DNA of 64,000 nucleotides from an uncultured Verrucomicrobiae bacterium (GCA_963806855.1 CAWDYW010000003.1:719100-783099); one strand, 5' to 3'; counted from the first letter of the stretch, positions 48,679-57,980 are shown. Numbers and translations are program-made. The notes: generated from the letters alone by a model not told the origin.

Positions 48679-49794
48679 ATGAAAGTTTCGGAAGTTTGCG
48701 TTAGTTATTTTAACGGATTTGGCGAGATATATAATTATAATAAAAACGACTATTCAATCAATTTTTTAGCGATGCTCAAAATCCTCTCCTATTTTTCTGT
48801 CGTGATCCCTTTAAGCTTTGCCACAGTCTATGGGATCACCCTCTGCGGGCGCGTCACTCCTTTGAGCACTGGGAATTACCTGCATGACGTATTCGCCGCC
48901 TACAATCCCCGCTTTCTCCCTCAGGCCAATCGAAAAAATCTGGAAGACTACAGCCAATCGGAAGACTTTAAACGGCATGCCAAAACCGCCCGCATCTACT
49001 ACAATGAGACAGAGCTTTCTCCACAGGATGCGCTGAAGGTGATTTTCCAACGAGAGCCAACCAACATCGCCATGGGGTCAAACCAATACAATCGGGGACA
49101 ATTGGCACACCTGTTCGGGTATGAAAAGAGCGCCTACAATGATTCTAGCGCACGAAAAGAAGATGGGACGCTGTTCAAAGAGCTGCCCAATACTGCTACG
49201 GTCTATTCGGAAACCTACCTCTGGTACCCCCCAGGAGGCGAAAGCAAGAAAGAGATCGCCTGCCTCTCATTGCCTGCCCCGGCACTCGATAGCTCCGATC
49301 AACCCCACTATGAGTATTACATGAGCAGCGGTAGATTGGATGGGAAGAAATATGAGCGGGAAATCGCCTTTTTGTTCAGCTGTATCGAGCAGGCTATTAT
49401 GGACAATCGAGAGTCCGCCTTTGGCAATAAAGGGCTCAAGCGGGTGGTCCTGTCAAAATTTGGCCAAGGGGCATTTTTGGGAGCCCTCACGAAAGAGGAT
49501 CAACAGATTGCCCGCGCTGCTTATAGCGTGCAATTGGAGCGATTCTTAAGTGATGTCGAGGAGATTGAAGTAGTGATGAGTGATGGTGATATTCTGAAGA
49601 TGGCCCGAGAAGGGGATCTGATCATCAATGCCTGGGACCCCCATAGCGCCCCTGGCAATGGCAACGATGCCGATCACTCCTTCGATGGTGCGATGGGCAA
49701 GGGCTCTGGGATCATGTTGACGCAGACCGCTTGGTTCAATGAGGCGCTTCGCAGTCAAGATTTTTTAGTGGGTATAACTTCAGGAGAAAACTAA
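48679..49794 (+). CDS. effector-like protein with circularly permuted macrodomain-like motifs
   Basis: LSLPAP..RVVLSKFGQGAF..GDIL..DLIINAWD..GNG..DGAMG; N-terminal hydrophobic segment. Confidence 0.6.
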   Translation: MKVSEVCVSYFNGFGEIYNYNKNDYSINFLAMLKILSYFSVVIPLSFATVYGITLCGRVTPLSTGNYLHDVFAAYNPRFLPQANRKNLEDYSQSEDFKRHAKTARIYYNETELSPQDALKVIFQREPTNIAMGSNQYNRGQLAHLFGYEKSAYNDSSARKEDGTLFKELPNTATVYSETYLWYPPGGESKKEIACLSLPAPALDSSDQPHYEYYMSSGRLDGKKYEREIAFLFSCIEQAIMDNRESAFGNKGLKRVVLSKFGQGAFLGALTKEDQQIARAAYSVQLERFLSDVEEIEVVMSDGDILKMAREGDLIINAWDPHSAPGNGNDADHSFDGAMGKGSGIMLTQTAWFNEALRSQDFLVGITSGEN

Positions 49795-50480
49795 ATGTTA
49801 ACACGGATTGGAACAAACGCTTGCAACAAAGTTTTTCATTCTTCTTTTTGCAATCAGCCCTACGGAGCTACAGCGGGCTTTGCGATTCTAACTGGCACAG
49901 CAATTTTAGGGCTCGTTATTCTGAATAGATTGTATCGACCGGCAGAAGATGCGCTCAGAGCACTAAAAACTCGCTGGGTCGAGTATCACTGGCAGAGATT
50001 GAAAGGCTTTTTTGAAGAGGCAGGTCACCCGCTTTCTTCTCAAATAAACTTCAATGGCGACAGGTATTCAAAGGAAGCACTGGCTATATCGATGGCATTT
50101 TCTCCAAAGATTTAACAAAACCGGTCATGTGGGGGCAAGACGATAAAAATCGCATATTTGTTGCTTGCAGAGTAAAGTGGTGGCCAAAAAACACCCCCGA
50201 GGACAAAAAAGTTGAATCATACTGTATTTTTCAAAGATATTCGGACGCAGATATTTTAGTAGGTAATGGCCAACATGTGCCCCCTGAATGGAAAATCAGG
50301 GGGAATATTTTGGATTCCACATTCGCACAGTTTTTGAAGGGGGATCTAATTGAATTTGATATTTGGGAACTTGGTACGGAAGAAGCGATATCTTATTGCT
50401 GCCAACTAGATCGTGAATGCGATGAAACTCCCCAAAAATCTGATTTTCGTTACAGCCTAGTTGGATCTAATAATACTTGA
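49795..50480 (+). pseudogene. hypothetical protein, probably one gene split near 50110
   Basis: Adjacent 106-aa and 117-aa ORFs 11 bp apart with no RBS for the second. Confidence 0.45.
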
Positions 50481-50547
50481 TGGCGGAGCTCACTAGAAAA
50501 CTATGCAGAGATAGTTTTTGGGCCCTTGACAGCTCTTCTTCCAGTTT

Positions 50548-50708
50548 TACCGTGCGCGGGTAGATTCTTAAATTTTTGAGGCCATCATGGCGATCCATCT
50601 TTGAACGATCACTCGTCGGCCATATTATATAATATGGCCTCCTCATGATCGTTCAAATCTGAACCGCCCTGAGGCCACCAAAATTTAAGAATCTACCCGC
50701 GCACGGTA
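50548..50708. repeat. 161-bp palindromic element with perfect 29-bp terminal IRs including TA
   Basis: TACCGTGCGCGGGTAGATTCTTAAATTTT (50548-50576) and its exact reverse complement (50680-50708); inner TTTGAACGATCA/TGATCGTTCAAA and GGCCATATT/AATATGGCC. Confidence 0.95.
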
Positions 50709-51002
50709 TAAGGGAAGTCTGATACGCGCAATCTTTTTACGGTTTTGATTAGCCTGCCACAAATGCACATCAGATTGTAGTCCTAGCCAAAACTCTGGGG
50801 ACGTTCCTAAAGCATCAGAAAAATCTAAAGCGATTTGTTCTGTAATTGCCCGCTTGCCGTGAATGATTGCGCTTAGCTTCGGCTGCGTCCATGACCCTCC
50901 TAAATGAGCGGCAAATGCAGATTGAGAGATTCCTAAAGGCTCTAGGAATTCCTCTAATAGGATCTTTCCAGGTAACGTTGGTTTTCTATGTGTTGGCAAC
51001 AT
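50685..51002 (-). CDS. higA: HigA family antitoxin
   Basis: PTLPGKILLEEFLEPLGISQ..GKRAIT..GTSPEFWLGLQ. Confidence 0.92.
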   Translation of the reverse strand: MLPTHRKPTLPGKILLEEFLEPLGISQSAFAAHLGGSWTQPKLSAIIHGKRAITEQIALDFSDALGTSPEFWLGLQSDVHLWQANQNRKKIARIRLPLYRARVDS

Positions 51003-51011
51003 ATTTTTTTC

Positions 51012-51311
51012 CTAATGATAATCAGTTATTTTGACTTCGGACGCTTCACGCTTGGCTGCATTCCATTTAAAAACGATCCGGTATTGATCATTTATTCTAA
51101 TGCTATACATTCCTGCAAGATCACCGGAGAGCTTCTCCAGTCTATTATTCGGGGGTATTTTTAAATCTTCTAATCGAAATGCTCTGTTGAGCATATCGAG
51201 CTTAGTCGCAGCCTTCCCCCATAGTGTTAGATTAAGTCTCTGCCTAGCTTTTTTCGTATTAACGCCATTATAAATATTCTCTGTTTCATCATCGGAGAAG
51301 GAGGTAATCAA
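51012..51311 (-). CDS. higB: HigB/RelE family toxin
   Basis: MITSFSD.., DLKIPPNNRLEKLSGDLAGMYSIRINDQYRIVF. Confidence 0.92.
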   Translation of the reverse strand: MITSFSDDETENIYNGVNTKKARQRLNLTLWGKAATKLDMLNRAFRLEDLKIPPNNRLEKLSGDLAGMYSIRINDQYRIVFKWNAAKREASEVKITDYH

Positions 51312-51333
51312 TTCGGGCGTCCTTTTTCTTATC

Positions 51334-51363
51334 AGTATACCGAAACTCGATATAATAATTCAA
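51334..51363 (-). promoter_or_regulatory. higBA promoter with palindromic operator
   Basis: TTGAAT-N18-TATACT; TATACCGA-AAC-TCGATATA (51336-51354) overlaps the -10. Confidence 0.7.
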
Positions 51364-51372
51364 TGGGTATTT

Positions 51373-52185
51373 CTAATAATACTTAACGACCCCGCTCACT
51401 TGTCTAAGCGCCATAGCCGCGGTCCGTCTAGCTGACCCAATCCCGATATCGTCTTTGATGGCGCCATGTTCATCCATCCGTTGATTGCTGAGATTGTGAT
51501 CCAATAGCCATATCCCATCGATGTAGACAGGCTCATTACCTGAAAAGTAGTGATATTTAAATAGACCAGGATCTTTTACAGGGTCATTTTCCTTAGGGGT
51601 TTCATTTGACGAAATCGCGAGAACAACGGGGAGCTGCAGAACGGTCGCTTCCCTACCATCCTCAAGTTTCACTTCGGTCCCTTGTCTGACCTCACGGGTG
51701 GCTCCGTACCAACCACTCTTTTCATCGTAATAATTATCTTCCAGGGCATATTCAATCGCTGTCCCGACAGAGTCAAAGTAGATCCTTTGCCCGATCACCT
51801 TAAAGGAGTGCCTGGCCACTTGATCAATCCCATATCGCATTAAGGTTCCCAAGGAAGTGCCATGAAACCCGCGGTGCTTGCCTTTCGATGTCATCATGCC
51901 AAATGCATTTTGGGTGGTGAAAATCTCGGTGGCTTTACCTTCCACATTGACTGCAAATGGGTTAGGGTGCTTGACTACAACTGATTCATCCTGAGGGATT
52001 TCCAACTCAATAACTGGCTTGACCAGCGTGCGGATGCGGGAATCTCTTTGACCCATTGGCTCTTCGCCCATATAGGTCACCATCATCTCTTGGCCCTTCT
52101 GGTTCAGTGCCTTAAGGGGGACGCCTCCTACTAAAGATCTTCCGATTGTTCTAATTCCAGTTGCAATTACAGGCTGAACTGACAT
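51373..52185 (-). CDS. hypothetical protein with PARP/diphtheria-toxin-class ADP-ribosyltransferase-like motifs
   Basis: GFHGTS..GQRIYFDSVGTAIEYA. Confidence 0.5.
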   Translation of the reverse strand: MSVQPVIATGIRTIGRSLVGGVPLKALNQKGQEMMVTYMGEEPMGQRDSRIRTLVKPVIELEIPQDESVVVKHPNPFAVNVEGKATEIFTTQNAFGMMTSKGKHRGFHGTSLGTLMRYGIDQVARHSFKVIGQRIYFDSVGTAIEYALEDNYYDEKSGWYGATREVRQGTEVKLEDGREATVLQLPVVLAISSNETPKENDPVKDPGLFKYHYFSGNEPVYIDGIWLLDHNLSNQRMDEHGAIKDDIGIGSARRTAAMALRQVSGVVKYY

Positions 52186-52264
52186 ATTATTATCTCCATG
52201 TTAATTATAATTTAATATTAACATTAATTATAATTAATTTCAAGAAATAATTTAACTGCTTTAA

Positions 52265-52894
52265 TTATGAATTTTCTAGTGCCTCAAGATCCAGATTACA
52301 GATCGCAACTAGATGGCGATTGATTTTGTCGATATCCCAATCCCACCAAGCGAGCCTCTGTAGCCGCTCAATGGTTAGGGCGTCGAAGCGCATTTTGACC
52401 ACTTTGGCAGGGTTGCCGGCGACAATGGAATAGGCGGGCACATCTTTGACGACGACCGCCCTTGCGGCGATAATGGCCCCGTTTCCAATGGTGACCCCAT
52501 TCATGATGAGGCAGTCGTATCCGAACCAGACATCATTGCCGACGATGATATCGCCCTTAACAGGGATATCTTTGAAGTCGAAAACCTTTTCCCATCCATG
52601 CCCGAAGATGGGGAAGGGGAAGGAGCTGACGGCGTCGAGTTTGTGATCGCCGGTCATGATGAAGCGGGTTTCGGCAGCGATCGCACAGAATTTGCCAAAA
52701 ACGAGTTTCACTTTTGAGTAATCGTAATTGTACAGGATATTGTATTCCTCGAATTTTCCCGGGCCATATCGAGGGTCATCAAAGTAGGTATAATCTCCGA
52801 CGATGATATTGGGCGCCTTGACAAAGTTCTTGAGGAAGACCAGCTTGTTGTTCCCAGCAATGGGATAAATAGCTTTTGGGTCAGGTCCATGCAT
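52265..52894 (-). CDS. CatB/Vat-related hexapeptide O-acetyltransferase
   Basis: GPDPKAIYP, VGDYTYFD, GKFCAIA, GNDVWFG, AGNPAK, WWDW. Confidence 0.92.
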   Translation of the reverse strand: MHGPDPKAIYPIAGNNKLVFLKNFVKAPNIIVGDYTYFDDPRYGPGKFEEYNILYNYDYSKVKLVFGKFCAIAAETRFIMTGDHKLDAVSSFPFPIFGHGWEKVFDFKDIPVKGDIIVGNDVWFGYDCLIMNGVTIGNGAIIAARAVVVKDVPAYSIVAGNPAKVVKMRFDALTIERLQRLAWWDWDIDKINRHLVAICNLDLEALENS

Positions 52895-52897
52895 AAG

Positions 52898-53446
52898 TTA
52901 CACCAATTTTTTTGCGATCCATTTCCCTTCTTCTCCTATAGAAAAATAGATCGGAATGCAATTATTTGTCACCCATTCATGGTCCTCGATTCCCATCATG
53001 CAACAGAGAGCCCAATGGACCCCTCCATGCGATACAATGAGATGTGGCCCAGGAAGGGAAAGCGCTTGATTAATCCCACTTCTGACTCTGTCCATAAACG
53101 CACGTGCTGGGCCCTCGTCGGGGAAAGGAGAATACATGCCTCGTCTCGACATCTCCCTCCAAATTTGGGCGGTGCATTCGCCTAGATCTTCGATTTCATG
53201 ATGGTCGACTTCAAGTTTTGCAGTGATGATCTCTTTCGTCTCTTGCGCCCGTTTTAAAGGGCTCGAGCAAACTGTTTTGACAGGGAGGGTCGCGATGAAG
53301 GGCTCGATCGATCTTGCCTGATCTTTTCCTGTTTCATTCAGGGGGATGTCCTTTGGATGATCGCCCTTATTTGCTCCCTCTAATTTGTTGTAAGCAGTTT
53401 GTCCATGCCGAATAAAGTAGAATTCTCTCTGTAAGATCAATCCCAT
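52898..53446 (-). CDS. histidine phosphatase family protein
   Basis: RHGQT, SSPLKRAQET, VSHGG. Confidence 0.92.
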   Translation of the reverse strand: MGLILQREFYFIRHGQTAYNKLEGANKGDHPKDIPLNETGKDQARSIEPFIATLPVKTVCSSPLKRAQETKEIITAKLEVDHHEIEDLGECTAQIWREMSRRGMYSPFPDEGPARAFMDRVRSGINQALSLPGPHLIVSHGGVHWALCCMMGIEDHEWVTNNCIPIYFSIGEEGKWIAKKLV

Positions 53447-53518
53447 CCCTCCTCGCTGTAGAATTCCCGATTTTTCAAGACAGCTTCATCCTATTTGATA
53501 GCGCGGAAACCCAGTCGT

Positions 53519-54832
53519 TTAGGACTGGGAGGAAGCGCTCCTCCCTGTTGTAAATTTTTTTGAAATGGACGGATAGTGATATCCATCAGAGCGTTGAATA
53601 AGGCGGCAATCTTTCCAGTTGATACCTTGGATAACTCCCTCTTCAGTCTGTATATTAAAGCTGCCAGAGGCACGAACAGCTACTCGTCCTGTGTATTGAC
53701 CTACTTTTTTACCCTTTAAGACTTTCGCTATTACCCGATCACCTGTTTGGAATCCACGCACCCGTTTCTGTCTTGTCAAAATCCCTCGACGGGATCCAAA
53801 ACGATCTAACCGAGTTCTTTGATAAGACCCTCTTCCAGTGCAATGAATCTGTTGAATTGGCTTTTGCCAGTTGTGCAGCTCTGAAAATGTTCCGGTGCAC
53901 GCTGCGTCCAGTGCATGTGTTTTTGGAATATGTAAACGAATCCGGTTATATTTGGTTTGTCCTCCGGTTCCTGCCTCAAATGCTATAGGCAACTCTTTCA
54001 AACAGCGCGTCAGTGCATTGCGCGTACTGTTCACTGCGGCAGCATCATGAAATCTGGCTGCTTTAGAAATTGTTAGAGCTTGTTCAGGAGCAAATTGCTC
54101 AAGTGATGAGCTTCCTTTTTTTAAATTACAGCTGCCACATGCAAGAGTCAGGTTATCGATCTTATTGGATCCTCCGCGGCTGCGAGGTTCAATATGGTCG
54201 ATTTGCAGGGGAACTTCTTTCGCGTTGCAATAGACACATTTTCGACCCCATTTTTCAAGGAGGTATTCCCGAATCTCATAACCAAAAAGGGTTCCTTGTT
54301 GGTATTCAACTCCGTCTATTTCAGGATTCATGAGTTTCTGTACATCAAAACGGACAGTTTCACAGGTGATAGCGGTGAGGGGAATGTAGCGCATTAAACG
54401 CTTTGTCCAGTTCAGGACAACGTCGACTCGATGCTGCAATGAGGGTGCAATCCATCCCGCTTTTCGACACCTGTTAGCAAAGCGAGGAGCTCGATACCGT
54501 AATTTAGATCTTCGATGTTTCCGCATCCCTGAGCGTGCTATTAGCTTTTCACTAATTGTGCGTCCACGATGACGAATTTCCATGAGTGAGAGAACTGTTT
54601 GCTTCTCTCCATTTTCTAAAACGATAGCAACTCCTGTATTTATACTGCCCGGGTCAATTTTAATACGCACTGGTTGCAAAACTGAAGTTTTCACTGTACG
54701 GTCGACTAAACGAATAACGAAAGGATACATAGAATGTATCCGTGCCCTTTTTTTAGTTAGTAAGCGCTTTGCTCTTCTTTCAGAGCAAGGCATTAACGGT
54801 GTATGATTTTTATCTAATACTACTACAGCCAA
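53519..54832 (-). CDS. iscB: RNA-guided endonuclease IscB (437 aa from TTG 54832)
   Basis: PLMP domain, IDPG (RuvC-I), Arg-rich bridge helix, ETVRFD (RuvC-II), CVYC..IDHIEP..N..CGSCN (HNH), THALDAAC (RuvC-III). Confidence 0.96.
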   Translation of the reverse strand: MAVVVLDKNHTPLMPCSERRAKRLLTKKRARIHSMYPFVIRLVDRTVKTSVLQPVRIKIDPGSINTGVAIVLENGEKQTVLSLMEIRHRGRTISEKLIARSGMRKHRRSKLRYRAPRFANRCRKAGWIAPSLQHRVDVVLNWTKRLMRYIPLTAITCETVRFDVQKLMNPEIDGVEYQQGTLFGYEIREYLLEKWGRKCVYCNAKEVPLQIDHIEPRSRGGSNKIDNLTLACGSCNLKKGSSSLEQFAPEQALTISKAARFHDAAAVNSTRNALTRCLKELPIAFEAGTGGQTKYNRIRLHIPKTHALDAACTGTFSELHNWQKPIQQIHCTGRGSYQRTRLDRFGSRRGILTRQKRVRGFQTGDRVIAKVLKGKKVGQYTGRVAVRASGSFNIQTEEGVIQGINWKDCRLIQRSDGYHYPSISKKFTTGRSASSQS

Positions 54833-54844
54833 TGACCGTCTCTC

Positions 54845-55133
54845 TTTAAAACACTTAAAAATTGCCATTACTGGCCTTGTAACGCCCCATCTACTTATGT
54901 TTCTGGGGTCTCCCCTCGGGAATGTTGTAACCCAGGCATCACGTAGCAATCCGTTTCGTCCTTACCCTATCGGTTGTCTGCAACTGCTACTTCCAGAGTC
55001 CGGAGCTGAGGAAGCACTCCGGAGTGGGTCTTTAACCTTGTTACAACGTAGCGGGTTGGTTACCGCTTTCCCTGTTCAACTTAGTCTTGTTAGTTTCCCT
55101 CCAAGCCTCTCCCTTTAGGGAGGGGTAGTTGAC
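54845..55133 (-). ncRNA. IscB omegaRNA (HEARO-type) scaffold
   Basis: GTCAAC..GTTGA, AGCGG..CCGCTACGTT, CCGGAGTGCTTCCTCAGCTCCGG, AACATTCCCGAGGGGAG directly upstream of iscB; 3' boundary approximate. Confidence 0.85.
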
Positions 55134-55583
55134 TGTCAGTGATCGGTAGTATTGGAAAGCCTCTTTTGCTCCGGCCATGAGAGGGAGCATTCCTAATTCA
55201 TCGGCGGTGGCCCATCGATAATCCTGGTGCTCATTGGACAATTGGATAAATGGCATTTCTGTGAGTTGAACTTTGAAAAGATGGTAAACATAGTCTACCT
55301 CTGGTTTCCGAATGTAGAGGCAGTCTAAATAGTGCAGTGAGGCCGCGTCTTTAAGGGAAATCCCCGTCTCTTCAAAGAGCTCGCGGATAGCACCTTCTTT
55401 TGGGCTCTCATTTTTCTCAATTTTCCCAGCAGGAACTCCCCATGTGCCTGGTTCTAGTTTTCCTTCAGCCTTCTGTAGGAAGAGGAATTGATTTCCGGTC
55501 TGCAGATAACAGGCGGCGATCTGAACCCGTGGCGAGAAGCCCGCTGGTTCTTTTGTATGTACTTCTAAATTCAAAATTTTCAT
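55041..55583 (-). CDS. NUDIX hydrolase, C-terminus replaced by IscB-element sequence
   Basis: Nudix box GKIEKNESPKEGAIRELFEETGI; from aa 151 it reads into the element. Confidence 0.92.
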   Translation of the reverse strand: MKILNLEVHTKEPAGFSPRVQIAACYLQTGNQFLFLQKAEGKLEPGTWGVPAGKIEKNESPKEGAIRELFEETGISLKDAASLHYLDCLYIRKPEVDYVYHLFKVQLTEMPFIQLSNEHQDYRWATADELGMLPLMAGAKEAFQYYRSLTVNYPSLKGEAWRETNKTKLNRESGNQPATL

Positions 55584-55596
55584 AAATAAGAGGCAA

Positions 55597-56223
55597 TTAT
55601 ACTAGATTCTCATGTCGAAGGCAAGGGGCGAGCGCTGTAAGCCAATTGTCAAATAGAGTCTTTTCAATGGCGCAGATCTGCTCTGCATGGTGGAAGCCGA
55701 AGGGGATGTTGTGGAGCCCTTCTCGCATCTCCTTTAGATGCTCCTCTTCCTCGAGTAGGATCGATTTGACGGTGATAGGGGAGCGGGCGCTCCGGAGCAC
55801 CTCGTGGTAGAGGGGGTAGAGCATTTCGGCTCGCAGCTCGATCGCGTAGGTAACGAGGAGATAAACGAACGCTTTACTCATCAACCCCTGGGATCTGAGG
55901 TAGCGGCAGGTTTTGAGGTCGAGGCTATTTAAATAATGCAGCGTTGCGATGCCGCCTAAGAGGGTGGGGAGGGCGTATGTCTCGATCGGGCGGGAGATCC
56001 GTTGAATCTGTTTTTTGAGGTAGTGGGCATGCCGAAACTCCTCAGCAGCGTGCTTGAGCATCTCTTCGCGTACGAGGGTCGGATGCTCGCAAGAGGCAAT
56101 TTTGCGGGCGCCGCAATTCTCGAGATAGGAGAGGGTGTTGAGCCACTTGGCATGCAGCTTTGGACACGCGACAATGCTAGTGAGCAACGGTTTAATGCTC
56201 GAGGGTGAAAATAATTTGTTCAT
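55597..56223 (-). CDS. bioE: ferritin-like diiron protein, BioE-like
   Basis: LE..G, EEFRH, IELRA and EEEEH diiron ligand pattern; overlaps the bioA stop; no bioC/bioH/bioW in the cluster. Confidence 0.75.
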   Translation of the reverse strand: MNKLFSPSSIKPLLTSIVACPKLHAKWLNTLSYLENCGARKIASCEHPTLVREEMLKHAAEEFRHAHYLKKQIQRISRPIETYALPTLLGGIATLHYLNSLDLKTCRYLRSQGLMSKAFVYLLVTYAIELRAEMLYPLYHEVLRSARSPITVKSILLEEEEHLKEMREGLHNIPFGFHHAEQICAIEKTLFDNWLTALAPCLRHENLV

Positions 56224-57405
56224 AGATCATCTGCAGTTCGTTTAGTTCAATACAATAGGGTGGCATCACGTAGAATGCGTTCAAAAATGGACGGAGGAGG
56301 ATGTTGTGCTTTAAGAAAAAGTCGTAGAGCTGATCGCGGTCAGCCGAGTGATACTCGAAAACAAGGATGGTGCCAAGGGCTTCGCACCGTTTGAGCTTGG
56401 GATGGGAGCCCCATTTTCGGCAAAAGGCGCGGTGGGAGGCGGCGATCTGCTGACGGGCGAGATAGCAGCCGGTATCGAGGAGAAGATCGAGACTGGCGAG
56501 AGCGGCGGTGCAGGCGAGGGGATTGGCGGTATAGGCATGTCCGTGCAGGAAGGCATGCTCATGAAAGGCGCTGAAAATTTCCTGGGTGCAGGCGGTGGCT
56601 CCAAGGGGGAGGAAGCCGCCGGTGATCCCCTTGGAGAGGCAGATGAGGTCGGGGGAGAGGTTCTCGCAGGCGAAGAGGGGACCGGTGCGGCCAAATCCGG
56701 TCATCACTTCGTCTGCGATCGTCAGGACATTGTATTTTTTGCAGCAGCGGAGGAGGGCTTCTAATTCTTCGCCGGGTAGATGATCATCCCGCCGGCACCG
56801 AGAATCAGGGGCTCAAAAATGAAGCAGGCCACATCTCCTTTGGCGAGGATCTCTTCGAATTCGGTGAGGGAGTGTGGCTCGATTTGTTCCACATCGAATA
56901 GATACTGCCAAAAGGGGCGATTGTACTGGTTCTTCCCGGCCGCGGTCATCGCTCCAAAAGTATCTCCGTGGTAGCTCTTTTTAAGGCAGACCACTTTTGT
57001 TTTGGGGATATTTTGGTTGTGCCAGTATTGGATGGCGATTTTTAGAGCCGCTTCGACGGCGGTTGCCCCATTGTCGGAGAAGAAGATTTTTGACATCGAG
57101 CCAGGCAAAAGAGGGAGGAGGCGGGTGGCTAGTTCGACAGCGGGAAGATGGGTGAAATCGGCAAAAATGACATGCTCTAGCACTTCAATCTGTGCACAGA
57201 TTTTTTCGGCGATGTAGGGGTGGGCGTGACCATGCAGGTTGACACACCAAGAGGAGATGCCGTCTAAAATCGCCCGACCCTCGGGAGTATAGAGATAGGC
57301 CCCTTTTGCCCGGGCGATCGGGATGGGACGGCGTCCAGTTTTGTAGCGGGTAAAGGGGTGCCAGAGGGTGCTTTGATCTTTCTCAATTAAAAATTCTGTC
57401 GCCAT
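56192..57405 (-). pseudogene. bioA: DAPA aminotransferase, one frameshift near 56765
   Basis: [48 protein letters not shown]. Confidence 0.92.
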
Positions 57406-57980
57406 GATGCTGCATACCTCTGTAGGGTGGTTTGGTTGATTTCAGGTTCTGGAAGCAATCTTCCCTTACAAGGGAGCTGTGTCAATTCTAAGATGGCCGC
57501 TTCGCTATCGGGATTTGGCTCTCCGTTGAAGATGAGTCCCTGAATGGAGATGCCATGATTTTTCAAGGTCTCCACGGTCATGAGGGTATGGTTGATGCTC
57601 CCGAGGTAGTGCCTGGAGACGATTACCCACTTTGCTTCCCACGATTTGAACAGCTCAAGAGAGGTTTGAGTGGTCGTGAGCGGCACTAAAATTCCACCGA
57701 CCCCTTCGATAATCAGTGTGCGATCGGTTTTCGGCAGCTCGATCGTCTCAGGGCGGATGGTGATGTTTTCCAGCCGTGCGGCATGGTGCGGTGAGAAATG
57801 GCCGCTTAGGCTGTAGGCGGGAGGATGAACCCGCTCATGCCATTTTTTCACCCATGTTGTGTCGCCTTTGCCGCAATCGATCGGCTTCCAGTAATCGGCA
57901 TCGAAAAGGTGGGCGAGGATGGTGCTGACGAGGGTTTTGCCTACTTCAGTGTTGATTCCAGCGACAATAATTCTTTGCAT
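57387..57980 (-). CDS. bioD: dethiobiotin synthase
   Basis: GINTEVGKT, YWKP, IEGVGG, LGSINHT. Confidence 0.95.
   Translation of the reverse strand: MQRIIVAGINTEVGKTLVSTILAHLFDADYWKPIDCGKGDTTWVKKWHERVHPPAYSLSGHFSPHHAARLENITIRPETIELPKTDRTLIIEGVGGILVPLTTTQTSLELFKSWEAKWVIVSRHYLGSINHTLMTVETLKNHGISIQGLIFNGEPNPDSEAAILELTQLPCKGRLLPEPEINQTTLQRYAASWRQNF

Larger units (their letters stand above)
53490..55133 (-). mobile_element. non-autonomous IS200/IS605-superfamily IscB element (1644 bp)
   Basis: Left end GTCAACTACCCCTCCCTAAAGGGAGAGGC hairpin; right-end hairpin CCCAGTC-CTAAAC-GACTGGG; followed by ATGA; no Y1 tnpA. Confidence 0.88.

Noticed and set aside
54833..54949. 39-aa N-terminal extension of IscB
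   Set aside because: Falls within the omegaRNA; the PLMP domain starts at TTG 54832 after a GAGAG RBS
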